Positions 63,079 to 64,000 of a stretch of DNA of 64,000 bases are shown here, in pieces. The DNA is from Candidatus Poribacteria bacterium. GTDB taxonomy: Bacteria > Poribacteria > WGA-4E > WGA-3G. A model generated the notes under the pieces. It did no database searches. It was not told the DNA's origin and saw only the letters and a list, made by a program, of their open reading frames with translations. The position numbers and the translations under genes were made by a program. Where the stretch lies: contig VXPE01000036.1 in assembly GCA_009839745.1 (NCBI GenBank), positions 4,763-68,762 on the forward strand, written 5' to 3'. Within the stretch, counting starts at the first letter, position 1. Each line of letters starts with the position of its first letter.

Positions 63079-63247
63079 GTTTCCTTAAAACCAAACCGGT
63101 AGCCTGCAACAATACGCAGAAATACCCTATCAAAAACACGCAGGCGGATCTAAGGAACGCCTCTGATAGTTCTAACGGACGTTATTTCTCCGCAAGGTAA
63201 AATTAAAAAATAGACGTGTGGAACACACTCTCTCGAGGAGAATATCA

Positions 63248-64000
63248 ATGAGATTGAAGTGTGAAAAAATAGGACGCCTTTTATCCGACTATATAGATGG
63301 AACGCTTTCCGAACGGCAGAACAGCAAAGTCGCATTGCATCTCCGCTCTTGCGGATTGTGCAAACGAGAAGTCGTAGCCCTGAAGAAAACGAACCACCTC
63401 CTCGAAAACTTTTACGTTGAACCGGAGGCATCCGATGCCTATTACGCCCGGTTTACAACGCAACTCCAGCATCGTATTGAACAGAGCGCGCCAACTGCCC
63501 TCCATCAACGTATCTTCGCAGTTGCTACGCGTTTGGGGTGGCATCTACTTACCCAGTTTCATCGTGGTATTGATCATTCGCGTTTAGGCGGGCTTTTCTC
63601 CATAAGGCAACACGTTTTTCCGTATTACATATTCGGGTTAACACTGACGATGTTAGTTGTTGCGTCGCTTCTGCTTATCCAAGTATCAACACACGATGAT
63701 GGTAGTCATGTGCTTAGTCGCCTATATGCAGCGACGAAAATTCGGTTCTTCTCTGTCGATTCACCTATCTCCGTTCAACCTACCGCAGCACTTGCTATCA
63801 AACAGGATACGACTGGTACTCAACCGACTGGCATTCGTCGCAATGTCAGTAGTGGGCGTCCGACAGAACCCCCTGCTATTGATTCAGGTTCTGATGTCTG
63901 GGTATTCACCGATGAACCGATGACAGAAGGATACATCTTCACTACACTTCAAGAAGATGATTCTGATACAATACCGAGTGTCGCGTTAGACATTGACTCG
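63248..64000 (+). CDS. putative anti-sigma factor (zf-HC2 N-terminus, one TM), 3' end off-window
   Basis: GAGGAG SD, ATG 63248, open to the window edge so absent from the track; CEKIGRLLSDYIDGTLSERQNSKVALHLRSCGLCKRE = zf-HC2 pattern; TM YYIFGLTLTMLVVASLLLI. Confidence 0.6.
   Translation, partial: MRLKCEKIGRLLSDYIDGTLSERQNSKVALHLRSCGLCKREVVALKKTNHLLENFYVEPEASDAYYARFTTQLQHRIEQSAPTALHQRIFAVATRLGWHLLTQFHRGIDHSRLGGLFSIRQHVFPYYIFGLTLTMLVVASLLLIQVSTHDDGSHVLSRLYAATKIRFFSVDSPISVQPTAALAIKQDTTGTQPTGIRRNVSSGRPTEPPAIDSGSDVWVFTDEPMTEGYIFTTLQEDDSDTIPSVALDIDS

Overview
This is a 64-kb chromosomal window from a bacterium, coding on both strands. I count about 58 protein genes, one tRNA-Leu(GAG), no rRNA and no CRISPR array. 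All family calls rest on motifs I recognise by eye; no searches were run.

Housekeeping anchors:
- glnE, gdh, pdxJ
- the mnmE-jag-yidC-yidD-rnpA cluster
- groES-groEL, rpsU, lgt, livGF, dprA
- an ECF sigma/anti-sigma pair

The accessory genes are sulfatase-like, FG-GAP/ASPIC, NHL/PAL-like, PhyH, Gfo/Idh/MocA, xylose-isomerase-like TIM, malectin-like and redoxin-PHM-like. This complement is reminiscent of PVC/Poribacteria-like lineages, which is inference only.

Most notable observations:
1. A thioredoxin-fold/TPR gene (27020-27934, minus) has an in-frame TGA exactly at the first Cys of the WCxxCK redox motif, with a hairpin starting 3 nt downstream. I predict a UxxC selenoprotein. The ORF track truncates it.
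2. A 1.1-kb AT-rich non-coding island (52740-53850) carries six tandem, co-oriented, near-perfect sigma70 promoters (TTGACA-N17-TATAAT). They are built like the tRNA-Leu promoter. One is followed by a compound hairpin plus U7.
3. An exact sigma54 -24/-12 element with upstream palindromes sits in front of groES-groEL, and no CIRCE was seen.
4. A tnpB (IS200/IS605 OrfB) 3' remnant lies next to an SDR gene, and the pair is bracketed by inverted ~75-bp repeats.
5. There are several dispersed intergenic repeat families: GTAG-headed REP/REPIN-like hairpins, GTTRTCR heptamer arrays, and a MITE-like palindrome present twice.
6. Smaller anomalies:
   - a leaderless tatD
   - a non-canonical start for a TauE gene
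   - an HNH gene where rpmH is expected
   - PHM-like and PAL-like genes
   - a Thr-type sulfatase-like enzyme
   - a stand-alone dsRBD protein after rpsU
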